DNA from: an uncultured Pelagibacteraceae bacterium
GTDB taxonomy: Bacteria; Pseudomonadota; Alphaproteobacteria; Pelagibacterales; Pelagibacteraceae
Direction of reading: 5' to 3'
Assembly: GCA_902530635.1 (NCBI GenBank)
Contig: CACABC010000001.1
Coordinates: 66,582 to 130,581 of the forward strand
DNA length: 64,000 bases
Below, in pieces: positions 39,757 through 50,311 of this stretch. Within the stretch, counting starts at the first letter, position 1; each line of letters starts with the position of its first letter. The notes beneath the pieces are model-generated. The model saw nothing but the letters and a program-made list of their open reading frames with translations. It was not told where the DNA came from and searched no databases. The position numbers were made by a program, and so were the translations under genes.

Positions 39757-40334
39757 AATAGCCTTATAAATAAAAGTTCAGACCGGCCGTAAGACCTATT
39801 ATCAACAATATTAAATTTATTATATAAATTAATATTCTTATTTTTTTCCACATGTAAGATTAAAATATGTTTCTCAGATAAAACATTTTGCTTTCTAATG
39901 ATTTCAATAATTTCATCGTTTTTTTTATTTGAATAAGGTGGGTCCATAAAGGCTATATTGACTTTCTTATCAAAATTTGAACTTACAATGACTTTAGAAA
40001 TATCTTCAGCAAATATTACCGTTTGTCTTTGAACTTTAAAATTTTCAATATTTTTTTTTAAATTTATTAATGCATCTGGATCTTTTTCAACAAAATAAAC
40101 TTGAGAAGCTTCTCTTGATAAGCATTCAAAACCGAAGGAGCCTGCCCCGGCATACAAGTCCATAACATGGGAATTTTTAATTTTAATTTCAAAATCACTT
40201 GAATGTTCTAATATATTAAACAAATTTTCTCTTACACTATCTTTAAGTGGCCTGGTTTTTAAATTTTTTGGGAAAAAAAGTTTTTTATTTTTGAAATTTC
40301 CACTAATTATTCTCATTTTTTTAAAGCTCTCCAA
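39753..40334 (-). CDS. rsmD: 16S rRNA (guanine966-N2)-methyltransferase
   Basis: 193 aa. MRIISG start, DLYAGAGSFGFE SAM motif, DPPY catalytic motif. Confidence 0.8.
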   Translation of the reverse strand: MESFKKMRIISGNFKNKKLFFPKNLKTRPLKDSVRENLFNILEHSSDFEIKIKNSHVMDLYAGAGSFGFECLSREASQVYFVEKDPDALINLKKNIENFKVQRQTVIFAEDISKVIVSSNFDKKVNIAFMDPPYSNKKNDEIIEIIRKQNVLSEKHILILHVEKNKNINLYNKFNIVDNRSYGRSELLFIRLF

Positions 40335-41578
40335 CCTATATCTTTTCTATAAAAACCATCATTCCAATCAATTTTTTTAAGATTCAAAAGACATCTATCT
40401 CTTGCTTCTACAAGTGTTTTTCCTAAAGATGTAATATTTAATACTCTCCCACCACTTGAAAATATTTTGTTATTTTTTTTATAAGTTCCTGCATGAAAAA
40501 TTTGCTTGTTATTATCTTGATCTGCTGAAGCTAACTTTTCAATTTCACTGTTTTTAATATGATTACCAGGATAACCATTTGCACACAAAACAATTGTCAT
40601 ACAATTATCTTCATTCCATTCAATTTCAAAATCATTTAATTTATCTTTAGTTGCAAGATCTATAATTTCTAATAAATCTGTCTTGAGTCTCATCATTAAT
40701 ACTTGACACTCAGGATCACCCATTCTGATATTATATTCAATCAAATATGGTTCTCCCTTGCTAATCATTAATCCCGCATAAAGAAAACCTCTATAAGGAT
40801 GACCTAAATTTTTCATCGCTTTCAAAGTTGGATTTATAATTTTTTTTTTAATTTTTTCATCTAGTTTTACATCTAATAAATTTGAGGGAGAATATGCCCC
40901 CATACCACCAGTGTTTGGACCTGTATCTCCCTCGCCAACTTTTTTATGATCTTGAGCAGAACCAAAAAATTTATAACAGTTACCATCAACTATAGAAAAA
41001 TAACTTATCTCCTCACCATTTAAAAATTCTTCAAGCACTACTTTTCTAGAAGATTTATATTTTCCATTCAAAATTTCTATAATTTTTATTTTTGCTTCTT
41101 CTATAGATTTACAGATCGTTACTCCTTTTCCAGAAGCCAAACCATCAGCTTTAACAACAATAGGCATTTTATTTTTATTCAAGAAATCTAATGCACCATT
41201 TAAATCATCAAACGATCCAAATTTTGCTGTAGGAATATTATTTTTTTTACATAGATCTTTCATGAAAACTTTAGAACCTTCTAACTGTGAGGCGAATTTA
41301 TCAGGACCAAAAACTTTTACATTTTTTTCTGACAAAAAATCTACTATACCATCAACTAACGGCTGTTCTGGACCCACAATAACTATATCAATTTCATAAT
41401 TTCTTATTGTTTCAAAAACTGAATTGAAGTCTGAAATATCAATATTAATATTTTTAGCTAAACTCTCAGTTCCAGCATTCCCAGGTATGCAAATTAGCTT
41501 TTTTAATCTTTTTGACTGCTTTAGTTTGTAGCAAATAGAATGTTCCCGACCACCACTTCCTATGACAGCTAAATTCAT
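40313..41578 (-). CDS. purD: phosphoribosylamine--glycine ligase
   Basis: 421 aa ATP-grasp. GSGGREH start, ADGLASGKGV motif, GDTGPNTGGMGAYSP loop. Confidence 0.95.
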   Translation of the reverse strand: MNLAVIGSGGREHSICYKLKQSKRLKKLICIPGNAGTESLAKNINIDISDFNSVFETIRNYEIDIVIVGPEQPLVDGIVDFLSEKNVKVFGPDKFASQLEGSKVFMKDLCKKNNIPTAKFGSFDDLNGALDFLNKNKMPIVVKADGLASGKGVTICKSIEEAKIKIIEILNGKYKSSRKVVLEEFLNGEEISYFSIVDGNCYKFFGSAQDHKKVGEGDTGPNTGGMGAYSPSNLLDVKLDEKIKKKIINPTLKAMKNLGHPYRGFLYAGLMISKGEPYLIEYNIRMGDPECQVLMMRLKTDLLEIIDLATKDKLNDFEIEWNEDNCMTIVLCANGYPGNHIKNSEIEKLASADQDNNKQIFHAGTYKKNNKIFSSGGRVLNITSLGKTLVEARDRCLLNLKKIDWNDGFYRKDIGWRALKK

Positions 41579-41609
41579 ATATTATAAATGTATTAATGGT
41601 GAAGTTAGC

Positions 41610-41810
41610 ATGAACGGAATTAAAGCAAAACTTAAATTTAAACCAAATAGTTTTGATATTGTTAAAGAGGGTAACTATGTAGTTTGTGCGGTTTCTGGAA
41701 AAAATATACCATTGAGCGAACTTTCCTACTGGAATGTTGACTTACAAGAAGCTTATTTCTCTCCGAAAGAAGTTAAGTTAAGATATGAACAAATTAAATT
41801 AAAAAAATAA
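41610..41810 (+). CDS. small conserved hypothetical protein (DUF2093-like)
   Basis: About 66 aa from MNGIKAKLKF. The ORF-track start at 41562 would overlap the purD start. The family assignment is from memory and is weak. Confidence 0.45.
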   Translation: MNGIKAKLKFKPNSFDIVKEGNYVVCAVSGKNIPLSELSYWNVDLQEAYFSPKEVKLRYEQIKLKK

Positions 41811-42686
41811 TCATTTCCATCTTCCGTGTGTCCATATCCATTGTCCTGGATTTCTTAATATCATTTTCTCAATTATTTGGTTAATTTTGATAGTTATTAT
41901 TTTTTTGTCACTTTCTGGATCATTTGTCTTTTGAAACTCTATTGGTTTTAAGACTTCCATTTTAAAAAAATTTTTTTTATTTCTTTCTAAATATATTGGA
42001 ATAATTTTACAATCAAACTTTAAAGCGAGTTGGGCAGGTAGGGTAGTAGTATGTGCCTGTTTATTGAAAAAAGGATACCTATCAGACTCACCAAGCCTTT
42101 GGTCGACCATTAATGCAATACTGTGTTTTTTCTTTAAAAACTCAATCACTTCTTTAGTTCCAGCAAGACCTTTTTTTATCTGATTTTTACAAATGTATTT
42201 TTTTCTAAGAAAAGTCATATATGGATTTATTAAAAAATTATTTAAAGGCCTATAAATTGCTGCTAAACTTAAATTATATTTATCAAGTTCCATAGCCATC
42301 AACTCAAAATTTCCAAAGTGACCAGAAACAAAGACAGCTGGTTTGTTAGATTTTTTAACTTCATCGAGTATCTCTTTACCAGATATATCAATATGTGGTT
42401 CAGAAAGTTTATTTAAACGGTATTTTCTTAAATAAATATATTCTGCAAAGGTAAATCCATAATTTCTCCACATCGATTCCGTTATATTTTCAATTTCAGA
42501 ATTAGAAATATTTCCTAGTGCATTTATAATATTTTGTTTTATTATTTTTTTCGATCTAAATAATTTACCTATTTTTAAAAAAACATAAGCAGAAAGCTTT
42601 CTGCCCATATTTAATCCTATTATTTTTATAACTAAAAATATAAAATAAATTAATATTGCTTCTACTATGTATTTTAAAACTTTCAT
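41811..42686 (-). CDS. lipid A biosynthesis (Kdo)2-lipid IVA acyltransferase (LpxL/HtrB family)
   Basis: 291 aa. N-terminal TM and the SGHFGNFE (HxGNWE-type) catalytic motif. Clustered with lpxK, waaA and msbA. Confidence 0.75.
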   Translation of the reverse strand: MKVLKYIVEAILIYFIFLVIKIIGLNMGRKLSAYVFLKIGKLFRSKKIIKQNIINALGNISNSEIENITESMWRNYGFTFAEYIYLRKYRLNKLSEPHIDISGKEILDEVKKSNKPAVFVSGHFGNFELMAMELDKYNLSLAAIYRPLNNFLINPYMTFLRKKYICKNQIKKGLAGTKEVIEFLKKKHSIALMVDQRLGESDRYPFFNKQAHTTTLPAQLALKFDCKIIPIYLERNKKNFFKMEVLKPIEFQKTNDPESDKKIITIKINQIIEKMILRNPGQWIWTHGRWK

Positions 42687-43615
42687 TCTAGTAATTTTTT
42701 TATACTATTTTTAAAACCCTGTTCATCTTCAAACTTTACTTCCACTTTGATATAATCAAACCTTTTTCTGACAAATGAATTCATTCTTAAATGATCCTTT
42801 TCTGTAGTAATTAATTTAGCTTTAAATTTTTCTTCTAGTTTATTTAAATCTTCAAGGTCCTTTTCTGAGTACGCATAATGATCAGGATAACTTATTTCTT
42901 TAACTAAATTTAGATGATTCTCTCTCAAGAAATCAAAAAAATTTATTGGATTACCGATTCCTGCAAATGCAATCAATTTTTTATTTTTTAAATTTTCAAT
43001 ACCTTTAGAAAAATAATTGTAATAAAAAAATATTAATTTTGGATTATATCTCTTAAGTTTTTGTTCAAACTCCAAATCTTTAAATCCATTTATTAAAACA
43101 ATTTGACAATTAATTAGCGTATCTAAGCTTTCTCTAAGAGGGCCTGCAGGAATAACTTGGCCATTGCCTGTTTTTTGTTTTGAGTGAAAACAAATAATGT
43201 TTAAATCTTTTTTTATACTTAAGTCTTGATACCCATCATCTAATACAATGAAGTTAAAATTTTTCTCTATAGCAAGATTAATTGCATCCCACCTCTTTTT
43301 TGCTGTTAAGATTTTGTTATGTTTTTTTATTAAAGATATTTCGTCTTCATGATTTTTATAATATTTTCTTATAACAACTGGGTTTTGCTCAAATTCTTTT
43401 AAAATTTTACAAATTTTTAGAGAAATAGGTGTTTTGCCTGTACCACCCAAATATATATTTCCAACACTTATTATAGGAACTGAAAATTTTTTTTCTGTTA
43501 CGAAAAGTTTTATAATAAAAAATATAAATTTATAAATTATTGAAAAAGGATATAAAAGAATTGAAAAAAAAGTAAAATAATTCTGGTCCCAAAATTTAGG
43601 TTTTAATACTTTCAT
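42683..43615 (-). CDS. lpxK: tetraacyldisaccharide 4'-kinase
   Basis: 310 aa. VGNIYLGGTGKTP P-loop and DDGYQ motif. Confidence 0.85.
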   Translation of the reverse strand: MKVLKPKFWDQNYFTFFSILLYPFSIIYKFIFFIIKLFVTEKKFSVPIISVGNIYLGGTGKTPISLKICKILKEFEQNPVVIRKYYKNHEDEISLIKKHNKILTAKKRWDAINLAIEKNFNFIVLDDGYQDLSIKKDLNIICFHSKQKTGNGQVIPAGPLRESLDTLINCQIVLINGFKDLEFEQKLKRYNPKLIFFYYNYFSKGIENLKNKKLIAFAGIGNPINFFDFLRENHLNLVKEISYPDHYAYSEKDLEDLNKLEEKFKAKLITTEKDHLRMNSFVRKRFDYIKVEVKFEDEQGFKNSIKKLLE

Positions 43616-44877
43616 CTAATAAGATTATTATATTCTTTAATTACTTTATCAAAAATAGTTTTACTATAAATATTTAAATTTTTTATTTTTTCAACATCGG
43701 CTTCTTTATTCGCCTCAAAGTTTTCGATTAACTTGCTTGCTAAACCTTCAGAATCTTTAATTTCCTCGGATAATCCAGACCCATCAAGATATTGATAAAT
43801 TTCCTCAAAATTATAAACATATGGACCATGATAAATAAAACAACCCATTTTTATAGCATCAATTGGATTTTGACCACCGGTTTTTTCAAATTTTTTTAAA
43901 AGAGATTTTCCAACAAATATATTTTTAAAATATTTTAAGTACTTTGAAACCGCACCATAATAATTTACTAAAACAATATCTGAATTATTATCAATTTTGT
44001 CACTTTCACTTTTAATCTGAATTTTCAAACCTAAATCTTTCAATGTTGAAAATATTCTTTCTGTTCTGTGAATATGTCGAGGTATTATGATAGTTAATAT
44101 ATTTTTATTTGATTTTTTAATTATAGAATGGACCTTACCGCAAAAGTTTTCTTCTCCTTCGTGAGTACTAATGGCACACCAAGTTTTTTTATTTGAAAGT
44201 GATTTAAAATGACTATCTTCAATTTTATCATCTTCTAAATTAGAACAGAATTTTATATTCCCAAAATACTTAATATTTTGTGCACCAAGAATTTTTAAAT
44301 AATCATGTGTATTTTTACTGGAAGATATACAGAGAGAAAAAGATTTAAATATTTTACTCGATAGCGTTCGAAAAAAATTCCACCTCATGAAACTCTTTTT
44401 GGTTATCCTTGCATTTAGCAATACAAAAGGTATTTTTTTTTCTTTAATTTTAAAAATAAAATTTGGCCAAATTTCAGAATCAACAAAGGAAACAATATCT
44501 GGTTTCCAGTTTTCAAAGAAATTATTTATGAGTATATTAAAATCATATGGTAAAAATTGGTGATAGACTCTATTATTTGAAGCATATTTTTTATTTAATT
44601 CTTTAAAAGAACTTAAAGTTACTGTTGTAATAAGAAAATTATTTTTAGTACTCTGTTTTAAATAAAAATCAACTATTGGCTGAATACTTTTAAATTCGCC
44701 TATACTTGCTACGTGGAACCAAAATAAAAATCCTTCTGGTCGTTTGAAATTTCTTAAAAAAATTTTTTCTTTATATTTTTCTTTATGTTCTTTATTTAGA
44801 AATCTTCGAAAAAATATTATGAATATATATGGAATATAAAAAAAAATTATTAAAAAATTGTAAAATATTTTTAACAT
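43612..44877 (-). CDS. waaA: 3-deoxy-D-manno-octulosonic acid transferase
   Basis: 421 aa. WFHVASIGEF motif, GGQNPIDA near the C-terminus. Synteny. Confidence 0.85.
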   Translation of the reverse strand: MLKIFYNFLIIFFYIPYIFIIFFRRFLNKEHKEKYKEKIFLRNFKRPEGFLFWFHVASIGEFKSIQPIVDFYLKQSTKNNFLITTVTLSSFKELNKKYASNNRVYHQFLPYDFNILINNFFENWKPDIVSFVDSEIWPNFIFKIKEKKIPFVLLNARITKKSFMRWNFFRTLSSKIFKSFSLCISSSKNTHDYLKILGAQNIKYFGNIKFCSNLEDDKIEDSHFKSLSNKKTWCAISTHEGEENFCGKVHSIIKKSNKNILTIIIPRHIHRTERIFSTLKDLGLKIQIKSESDKIDNNSDIVLVNYYGAVSKYLKYFKNIFVGKSLLKKFEKTGGQNPIDAIKMGCFIYHGPYVYNFEEIYQYLDGSGLSEEIKDSEGLASKLIENFEANKEADVEKIKNLNIYSKTIFDKVIKEYNNLIR

Positions 44878-44879
44878 GC

Positions 44880-46625
44880 TTAGTGCACTATTTGTTTTCT
44901 ATAAAGACTCTCATACTCCTTTGAAGATTTTAATAATTCACTATGAGTTCCAGATTGGAGAACCTCTCCCTCTTTCATTACAATAATTTTATGAGCTTTA
45001 TTTATTGTCGATAATCTATGAGCTATAACTAAAGTTGTTCTATTTTTTGTTAAATTAAATATTGCATTTTGGACTTTTTCTTCTGACTCTGCATCTAAAG
45101 AAGAAGTTGCTTCATCCAAAAGTATTATTGGTGCATTTTTAAGTATAGCTCTTGCAATTGATATTCTTTGCTTTTGTCCTCCAGATAGGCGAACACCGTT
45201 TTCACCAATCATAGTTTTATATTTTTCAGGTAATTTTTCAATAAATTCATGTGCAGCCGCAAGCATACATGCTTCTTTTATTTGACTATCTTTTGCACCC
45301 AAATTTGCGTATTTAATGTTGTTTTCAACTGTATCGTCAAAAAGAATTACATCTTGGCTAACAAGAGATATTTTATTTCTTAATGATTTTAGGGAAACTT
45401 TATTTATTTCCTGTCCGTCTAGAATTATTTTCCCTTTTTGAGGTGCATAAAATCTTGGTATTAAATTTAATATTGTACTTTTTCCTGCTCCGCTGTGTCC
45501 AACTAGTGCAGTAATTTTTTCCCCTTCTATATCTATACTAATATTTTTAATTGCTCTTTCTTTTCCAGTCTCATATTGAAAACTTACATTTTCAAATTTT
45601 ATATTAGAATTTTTAACTTCTAGTTTAGGTAAATCAGTCTCATCTTTAATTTTGATTTCTCTATCTATTATTTTAAAAACTCTGTTGCCTGCAGCCGCTC
45701 CTTGATAAATTAGCATGTTAACAGTAGCTAAAGACCTCACAGGTTGATAAGCCAACATCATAGCAGCAAGGAAAGAGAAAAAATTGTTAATACCTATCTC
45801 TCCTACGGCAATTAAAGTACCAGAGTAATAAATAAAACCCGCTATCATGAATCCAGTTAAGGTTTCCATTATAGGTGCAGCTCTAATTGCAACTTTCCCA
45901 ATTTTAATTTGAGTATCAGTCAGGTGTTTAATGGCTTCTGAACTTCTATTTTTTTCAAATTCTTCTTTTTGGTAAATTTTTATTATTTTTGAACCCCTTA
46001 ATATTTCTGAAATTAAAGTGGTAAAATTTCCTGATGAAATAACACTTGCGGTAGCAGCCTTACCCATTCTCTTTCCTAAAGATTTTGCAACAATTGCTGC
46101 CATAGGCATCATAATGAGAGAAAATATTGCTAATTTCCAATTTTGGTAGAACATTAAGCAGATTAAAGTAATGAGGGTCAAACTATCCTTCATAATATTT
46201 AACATTCCCGTACTAACTAGTTCTTGAACCATATTCACGTCATATAAAAAAGTAGATATGTATTTTCCAGTATGTTTTGACTCTATTGTCTGTGAGTCTG
46301 ACAACAAGATATTATCGGTCATTCTATTTTGCAGGGCTTGCTTTATTCTATTTCCTAAAACAATTACAATTAATCTTGCGTAATATAATGAAATTCCTTT
46401 TCCCGCAAAAGCAAGAACAACTAAAATTGGAATAAAAATTGCATAGGTTTTATCCTGATCAATAAAAATTTTTTTCACCGCAGGATCTAATAGCCAAGCT
46501 ATGGAAGATGTTGATCCCGCAACAACTACTGATAAAATTAATGCGATTAATATACGACCTAAATATTTTTTTATGTACTCTCTGTACAATCTTTTTACTA
46601 TTTCTATAACTTCTTTTAATTTCAT
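44880..46625 (-). CDS. msbA: lipid A export ABC transporter (permease/ATPase fusion)
   Basis: 581 aa. 6-TM domain plus NBD (GHSGAGKST, LSGGQKQR, LLDEATS). Lies in the lipid A cluster. Confidence 0.85.
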   Translation of the reverse strand: MKLKEVIEIVKRLYREYIKKYLGRILIALILSVVVAGSTSSIAWLLDPAVKKIFIDQDKTYAIFIPILVVLAFAGKGISLYYARLIVIVLGNRIKQALQNRMTDNILLSDSQTIESKHTGKYISTFLYDVNMVQELVSTGMLNIMKDSLTLITLICLMFYQNWKLAIFSLIMMPMAAIVAKSLGKRMGKAATASVISSGNFTTLISEILRGSKIIKIYQKEEFEKNRSSEAIKHLTDTQIKIGKVAIRAAPIMETLTGFMIAGFIYYSGTLIAVGEIGINNFFSFLAAMMLAYQPVRSLATVNMLIYQGAAAGNRVFKIIDREIKIKDETDLPKLEVKNSNIKFENVSFQYETGKERAIKNISIDIEGEKITALVGHSGAGKSTILNLIPRFYAPQKGKIILDGQEINKVSLKSLRNKISLVSQDVILFDDTVENNIKYANLGAKDSQIKEACMLAAAHEFIEKLPEKYKTMIGENGVRLSGGQKQRISIARAILKNAPIILLDEATSSLDAESEEKVQNAIFNLTKNRTTLVIAHRLSTINKAHKIIVMKEGEVLQSGTHSELLKSSKEYESLYRKQIVH

Positions 46626-47491
46626 TAAATTTCAATTGTTAATAAAAATAAACTTAAAAAAATAAATAGACCTGAAAAATTATTTATTTTAAATGCCCGC
46701 AAGCAACTTGAAGAGTTATTTACTTTAAAAATTTTAACTTGATAGAACAACGTTGCAATAAAAAATATCGTAAACATAAAGGAATAATTAATTTTTAAAT
46801 TTAGCATTATTAATACAAATATTATTGAACTTAATAAATAACAACCCATTACAAATTGGTTAATATTATTTTTAAATTTAATTGCTGTTGATTTTACTCC
46901 TATTACTTCGTCATCTGAAATATCTTGTATTCCATAAATCGTGTCATACCCCAGTGTCCAAAATATGGCCCCCATATAAAGAAGTATTGGTAAATATGAT
47001 ATTTCATTTGTTAAAGAAGCCCATGCCATTATGATTCCCCAATTAAATGTGAAACCTAAAAATAATTGTGGCCAGTAGGTATATCTTTTCATAAAAGGGT
47101 AAGAAAATGCAAAAATCATTGAAAACATTCCAAGACATATAGTTAAAAAATTGAATTGGATTAAAACTAGGAAAGCCAACGAACATAATATTAATACATA
47201 TATCCAGGCTGTAGTTTTATTCAAAGATCCAGATGCTATAGGTCTACTCATTGTTCTTGAAACTTTTTTATCAAATTTTTCGTCAACAATATCGTTCACA
47301 ATACATCCTGCACTTCTCATTAGAACTGACCCTAAAAAAAATAAAATAATATAATAAAAAAAAGTTTTTAAATCTTTTTCAAAATATAGACCCAGTGACA
47401 AACCCCATGAACATGGCCAAAATAATAATAAAAAACCAACTGGTTTGTTAAGCCTTGTTACACTTATGAAATTTCTTAAATTAGACGACAT
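46625..47491 (-). CDS. ubiA: 4-hydroxybenzoate polyprenyltransferase
   Basis: 288 aa. NDIVDEKFDKKV (NDxxDxxxD) and a second Asp-rich motif, DTIYGIQDISDD. Confidence 0.85.
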   Translation of the reverse strand: MSSNLRNFISVTRLNKPVGFLLLFWPCSWGLSLGLYFEKDLKTFFYYIILFFLGSVLMRSAGCIVNDIVDEKFDKKVSRTMSRPIASGSLNKTTAWIYVLILCSLAFLVLIQFNFLTICLGMFSMIFAFSYPFMKRYTYWPQLFLGFTFNWGIIMAWASLTNEISYLPILLYMGAIFWTLGYDTIYGIQDISDDEVIGVKSTAIKFKNNINQFVMGCYLLSSIIFVLIMLNLKINYSFMFTIFFIATLFYQVKIFKVNNSSSCLRAFKINNFSGLFIFLSLFLLTIEI

Positions 47492-47543
47492 TAATTTTAC
47501 TTGTAAATATCAAACACTAAATACATAATCAATTCGATTCGAA

Positions 47544-47948
47544 ATGAATATAGATTATACAGTAACAGCACTTATGTTTCCGGCCATACCTTTAATAATG
47601 GGAGTTTATAGTACCAGATTTCATACTTTAAGTGCTCTGATTAGAAAACTTCATGATGAGCATGTATTTGAAAAACACATTCCGCCTGAATGGGAGAAAC
47701 AACTCAAAAATTTAAGTCAAAGGATTAATTATTTAAAATATGCAATTGGAGCTGCTGGATTGGGTTTTTTATTTAATATGACGACTGTATTAGGTTTGTA
47801 TCTAGATAAAATCTTAATTGCCAGATTAATATTCGCATCATGTTGCATATCAATGATTGTATCAATAGTACTTTTTTTATTTGAAATTTTTCTATCTACA
47901 TATGCGTTAAAATTGCATTTGTCAGATATGAAATTTAATGACAAATAG
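47544..47948 (+). CDS. membrane protein of unknown function (DUF2721-like)
   Basis: 134 aa, 3 TM. STRFHTLSALIRKLHDEH resembles the DUF2721 N-terminal motif (from memory). Confidence 0.45.
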   Translation: MNIDYTVTALMFPAIPLIMGVYSTRFHTLSALIRKLHDEHVFEKHIPPEWEKQLKNLSQRINYLKYAIGAAGLGFLFNMTTVLGLYLDKILIARLIFASCCISMIVSIVLFLFEIFLSTYALKLHLSDMKFNDK

Positions 47949-47953
47949 GTTTT

Positions 47954-48055
47954 ATGAAAATAAACGCAATAAGAGCTTTTATAATTGCATCTATTATAAT
48001 AATTCTACTGTATGCATTAGGATTGTTTTTGCCTATTATACTAACATCTAATTAA
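47954..48055 (+). CDS. hypothetical 33-aa hydrophobic peptide (not in ORF track)
   Basis: Hand-translated: MKINAIRAFIIASIIIILLYALGLFLPIILTSN. Sits 5 nt after the previous stop and 2 nt before the next start. Confidence 0.25.
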   Translation: MKINAIRAFIIASIIIILLYALGLFLPIILTSN

Positions 48056-48057
48056 TT

Positions 48058-48249
48058 ATGTTTGGAAAACCTATAATACTTATTATTCTTTTAGCTCTTT
48101 TGTTAGTATTTTACCTCGTAATAAGATTTGGCGCTGGAAAAAAAAAAGATATTGATGAGTCAAAAAACTTAACTAGATATCTATATGGAATAAGAATTTT
48201 GATAATTCTTCTAGCCGTTGTAGGATTAATCCTTTGGTTTTTTCTATAG
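48058..48249 (+). CDS. hypothetical small 2-TM membrane protein
   Basis: 63-aa ORF with two hydrophobic helices flanking a K/D/E-rich loop. Confidence 0.35.
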   Translation: MFGKPIILIILLALLLVFYLVIRFGAGKKKDIDESKNLTRYLYGIRILIILLAVVGLILWFFL

Positions 48250-48498
48250 TTTTTTTGAATAGACTAACTTCCCAAATTTGATTTTCTCATTATACGACTG
48301 ATTAAAAGTTTTTAATTGTGAGTCACTCATTCTTGAAGTTAAAACTTTTAAATTTTCTTTTTTCCAATCATTTTTAGTTTCTGGGTTTTTCCAAATTTTT
48401 TTCTCTTCCTCTGTCCTTGCACAACCGTAGCAAAATCCTGTTGAATAATTACTTTTACAGATACTAATACAAGGGCTGATGATTTTTTGATTATTCAT
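48244..48498 (-). CDS. DUF1289-type small Cys-rich (putative Fe-S) protein
   Basis: 84 aa. SPCISICK...GFCYGCARTEEE matches the DUF1289 Cys pattern. Confidence 0.6.
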   Translation of the reverse strand: MNNQKIISPCISICKSNYSTGFCYGCARTEEEKKIWKNPETKNDWKKENLKVLTSRMSDSQLKTFNQSYNEKIKFGKLVYSKKL

Positions 48499-49471
48499 TT
48501 GGTATTAGCAAAGCCGAACCCAATATTTTTCTTGCCTCTAGATCTTCATGGGCTTTTATCGCTTCAGATAAGGCATATTCTTTAAAAATTTCAATTTTTA
48601 CTTTTCCAAATTTTATTTTTTCAAAAAGTGAAGAAGATGCTTCTACAAGTTCACTTCTTTCAGATATGTAATTTGTAAGGCCTGGTCTTGTAAAATAAAG
48701 ACTTTTTGCAGCTATATATTTTTTAACGTCTATTGGAGAAAGAGGTCCTGAAGAATTTCCAAACGATACCATCATACCTCTTGGTTTTAAACAATTTATA
48801 GATTTTTCAAAAGTATTTTTACCAACCCCATCATAAACAACACCAATTCCCTTATTATCAGTAATTTCTAAAACTTTTTTATCAAAACTTTCTTTGTTAT
48901 AATTTATAACAAAATCACATCCATTTTTTTTTGCTATTTCTATTTTGTCTTCAGATCCCACTGTTCCTATTACCTTGCAACCAATACTTTTAGCCCATTG
49001 GCAAAAAATTTGACCAACACCGCCAGCTGCCGCATGAAATAAAACTATTTCTCCAGCTATAGGTTTGTAAGTTTTACACAAAAGATAAAATACCGTTAAA
49101 CCTTTTGTCATAATGCTAGCTGCAATTTTGTGACTAATACCCTCGGGAATTTTTACAGCAATTTTTTCTGGTATTATTCTTTTATCTGAATAAGAACCTA
49201 ACGGTGGAGACGCATAAGTTACATTATCTCCTTTTGAAAAACTTTTTACATCTGAACCTACATCCTCAACAACTCCAGCTCCCTCCATTCCTAAACCAGA
49301 AGGTAACTTCAAGGGATAAAGTCCAGATCTGTGATATGTATCAATAAAGTTTAAACCTATTGCCAAATTTTTAATTTTAATATCTTTTGGACCAGGGCTT
49401 CCTATTTCAGAATCAACCAATTCTAAAACTTTTGGACCACCATGTTTGTTAATAATAATTGATTTTGGCAT
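48491..49471 (-). CDS. qor: NADPH:quinone oxidoreductase (zeta-crystallin/MDR family)
   Basis: 326 aa. HAAAGGVG cofactor motif, no catalytic Zn ligands. Confidence 0.8.
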   Translation of the reverse strand: MPKSIIINKHGGPKVLELVDSEIGSPGPKDIKIKNLAIGLNFIDTYHRSGLYPLKLPSGLGMEGAGVVEDVGSDVKSFSKGDNVTYASPPLGSYSDKRIIPEKIAVKIPEGISHKIAASIMTKGLTVFYLLCKTYKPIAGEIVLFHAAAGGVGQIFCQWAKSIGCKVIGTVGSEDKIEIAKKNGCDFVINYNKESFDKKVLEITDNKGIGVVYDGVGKNTFEKSINCLKPRGMMVSFGNSSGPLSPIDVKKYIAAKSLYFTRPGLTNYISERSELVEASSSLFEKIKFGKVKIEIFKEYALSEAIKAHEDLEARKILGSALLIPNE

Positions 49472-49492
49472 TTTAACTTATATAAATTCTTC

Positions 49493-50215
49493 ATGACCTC
49501 AAAAGCAAGACTTTTTTACTCTAAAGAATTGAAAAGTGGGCTTATTTCTAAACTTTCAGAATCACAATCACATTATATTAAAAACGTAATAAGATTAAAA
49601 CCAAATGATAAAATATCTCTATTTAATTCAATGAATGGTGAGTGGGACGCTTTCATTCTTGAACATGGCAAGAATTTAACAGAATTTAAAATTGAAAAAT
49701 TATCTAGACCACAAGAGAAAACTAATAACTTATGGTTAGCTTTTTCACTTATTAAAAAAATTCCTCAAGATATGATTTTACAAAAGACTACTGAACTTGG
49801 AATTAATAAATTTATACCAATTTTGTGCGAAAGGAGTGTTGTGAGGGAAATAAATATTGAAAGAGCAAAAAAGATTATAATTGAGGCTAGCGAACAATCA
49901 AATAGAATATCAGTACCAGAAATTTTACCGGTTCAAAATTTAGAAAACTATATGAAAAATTTAGCAAAAAAAAATGTTAATCTTATTTTTTGCGATATAA
50001 ATTGTGGAACAAATAATTTAAAAAATATTTTATCAAAACAAAATCCCACATGTATTTTAATCGGTCCAGAGGGAGATTTTTCAGAAAAAGAAAGACAATT
50101 AATAGTTGATTACCAAAATACTATTTCTTTTTCATTGGCTAAGAATATTTTACGTGCAGAAACAGCTGCAATCTCAGCAACGACAATTTTAAATTATCAT
50201 ATAAATTCTAAGTAA
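49493..50215 (+). CDS. rsmE: 16S rRNA (uracil1498-N3)-methyltransferase
   Basis: 240 aa. HYIKNVIRLK PUA-like N-terminus, LIGPEGDFSEKE, LRAETAA. Confidence 0.8.
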   Translation: MTSKARLFYSKELKSGLISKLSESQSHYIKNVIRLKPNDKISLFNSMNGEWDAFILEHGKNLTEFKIEKLSRPQEKTNNLWLAFSLIKKIPQDMILQKTTELGINKFIPILCERSVVREINIERAKKIIIEASEQSNRISVPEILPVQNLENYMKNLAKKNVNLIFCDINCGTNNLKNILSKQNPTCILIGPEGDFSEKERQLIVDYQNTISFSLAKNILRAETAAISATTILNYHINSK

Positions 50216-50311
50216 TTTGACCCATATATTAGTGGAAAATTTACCCTTGCAAAAGTGTCGCAAAACCTTATTAAACATGCATTAAATGTTTATATATAGT
50301 AAATTAAAATT

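Noticed and set aside
50273-50291. Inverted repeat AAACAT-N7-ATGTTT and a TTGCAA-N17-ATTAAA promoter-like element upstream of the oxidase operon.
   Set aside because: It does not match any operator consensus I recognise (FNR or Fur, for example). Short AT-rich palindromes are common here.
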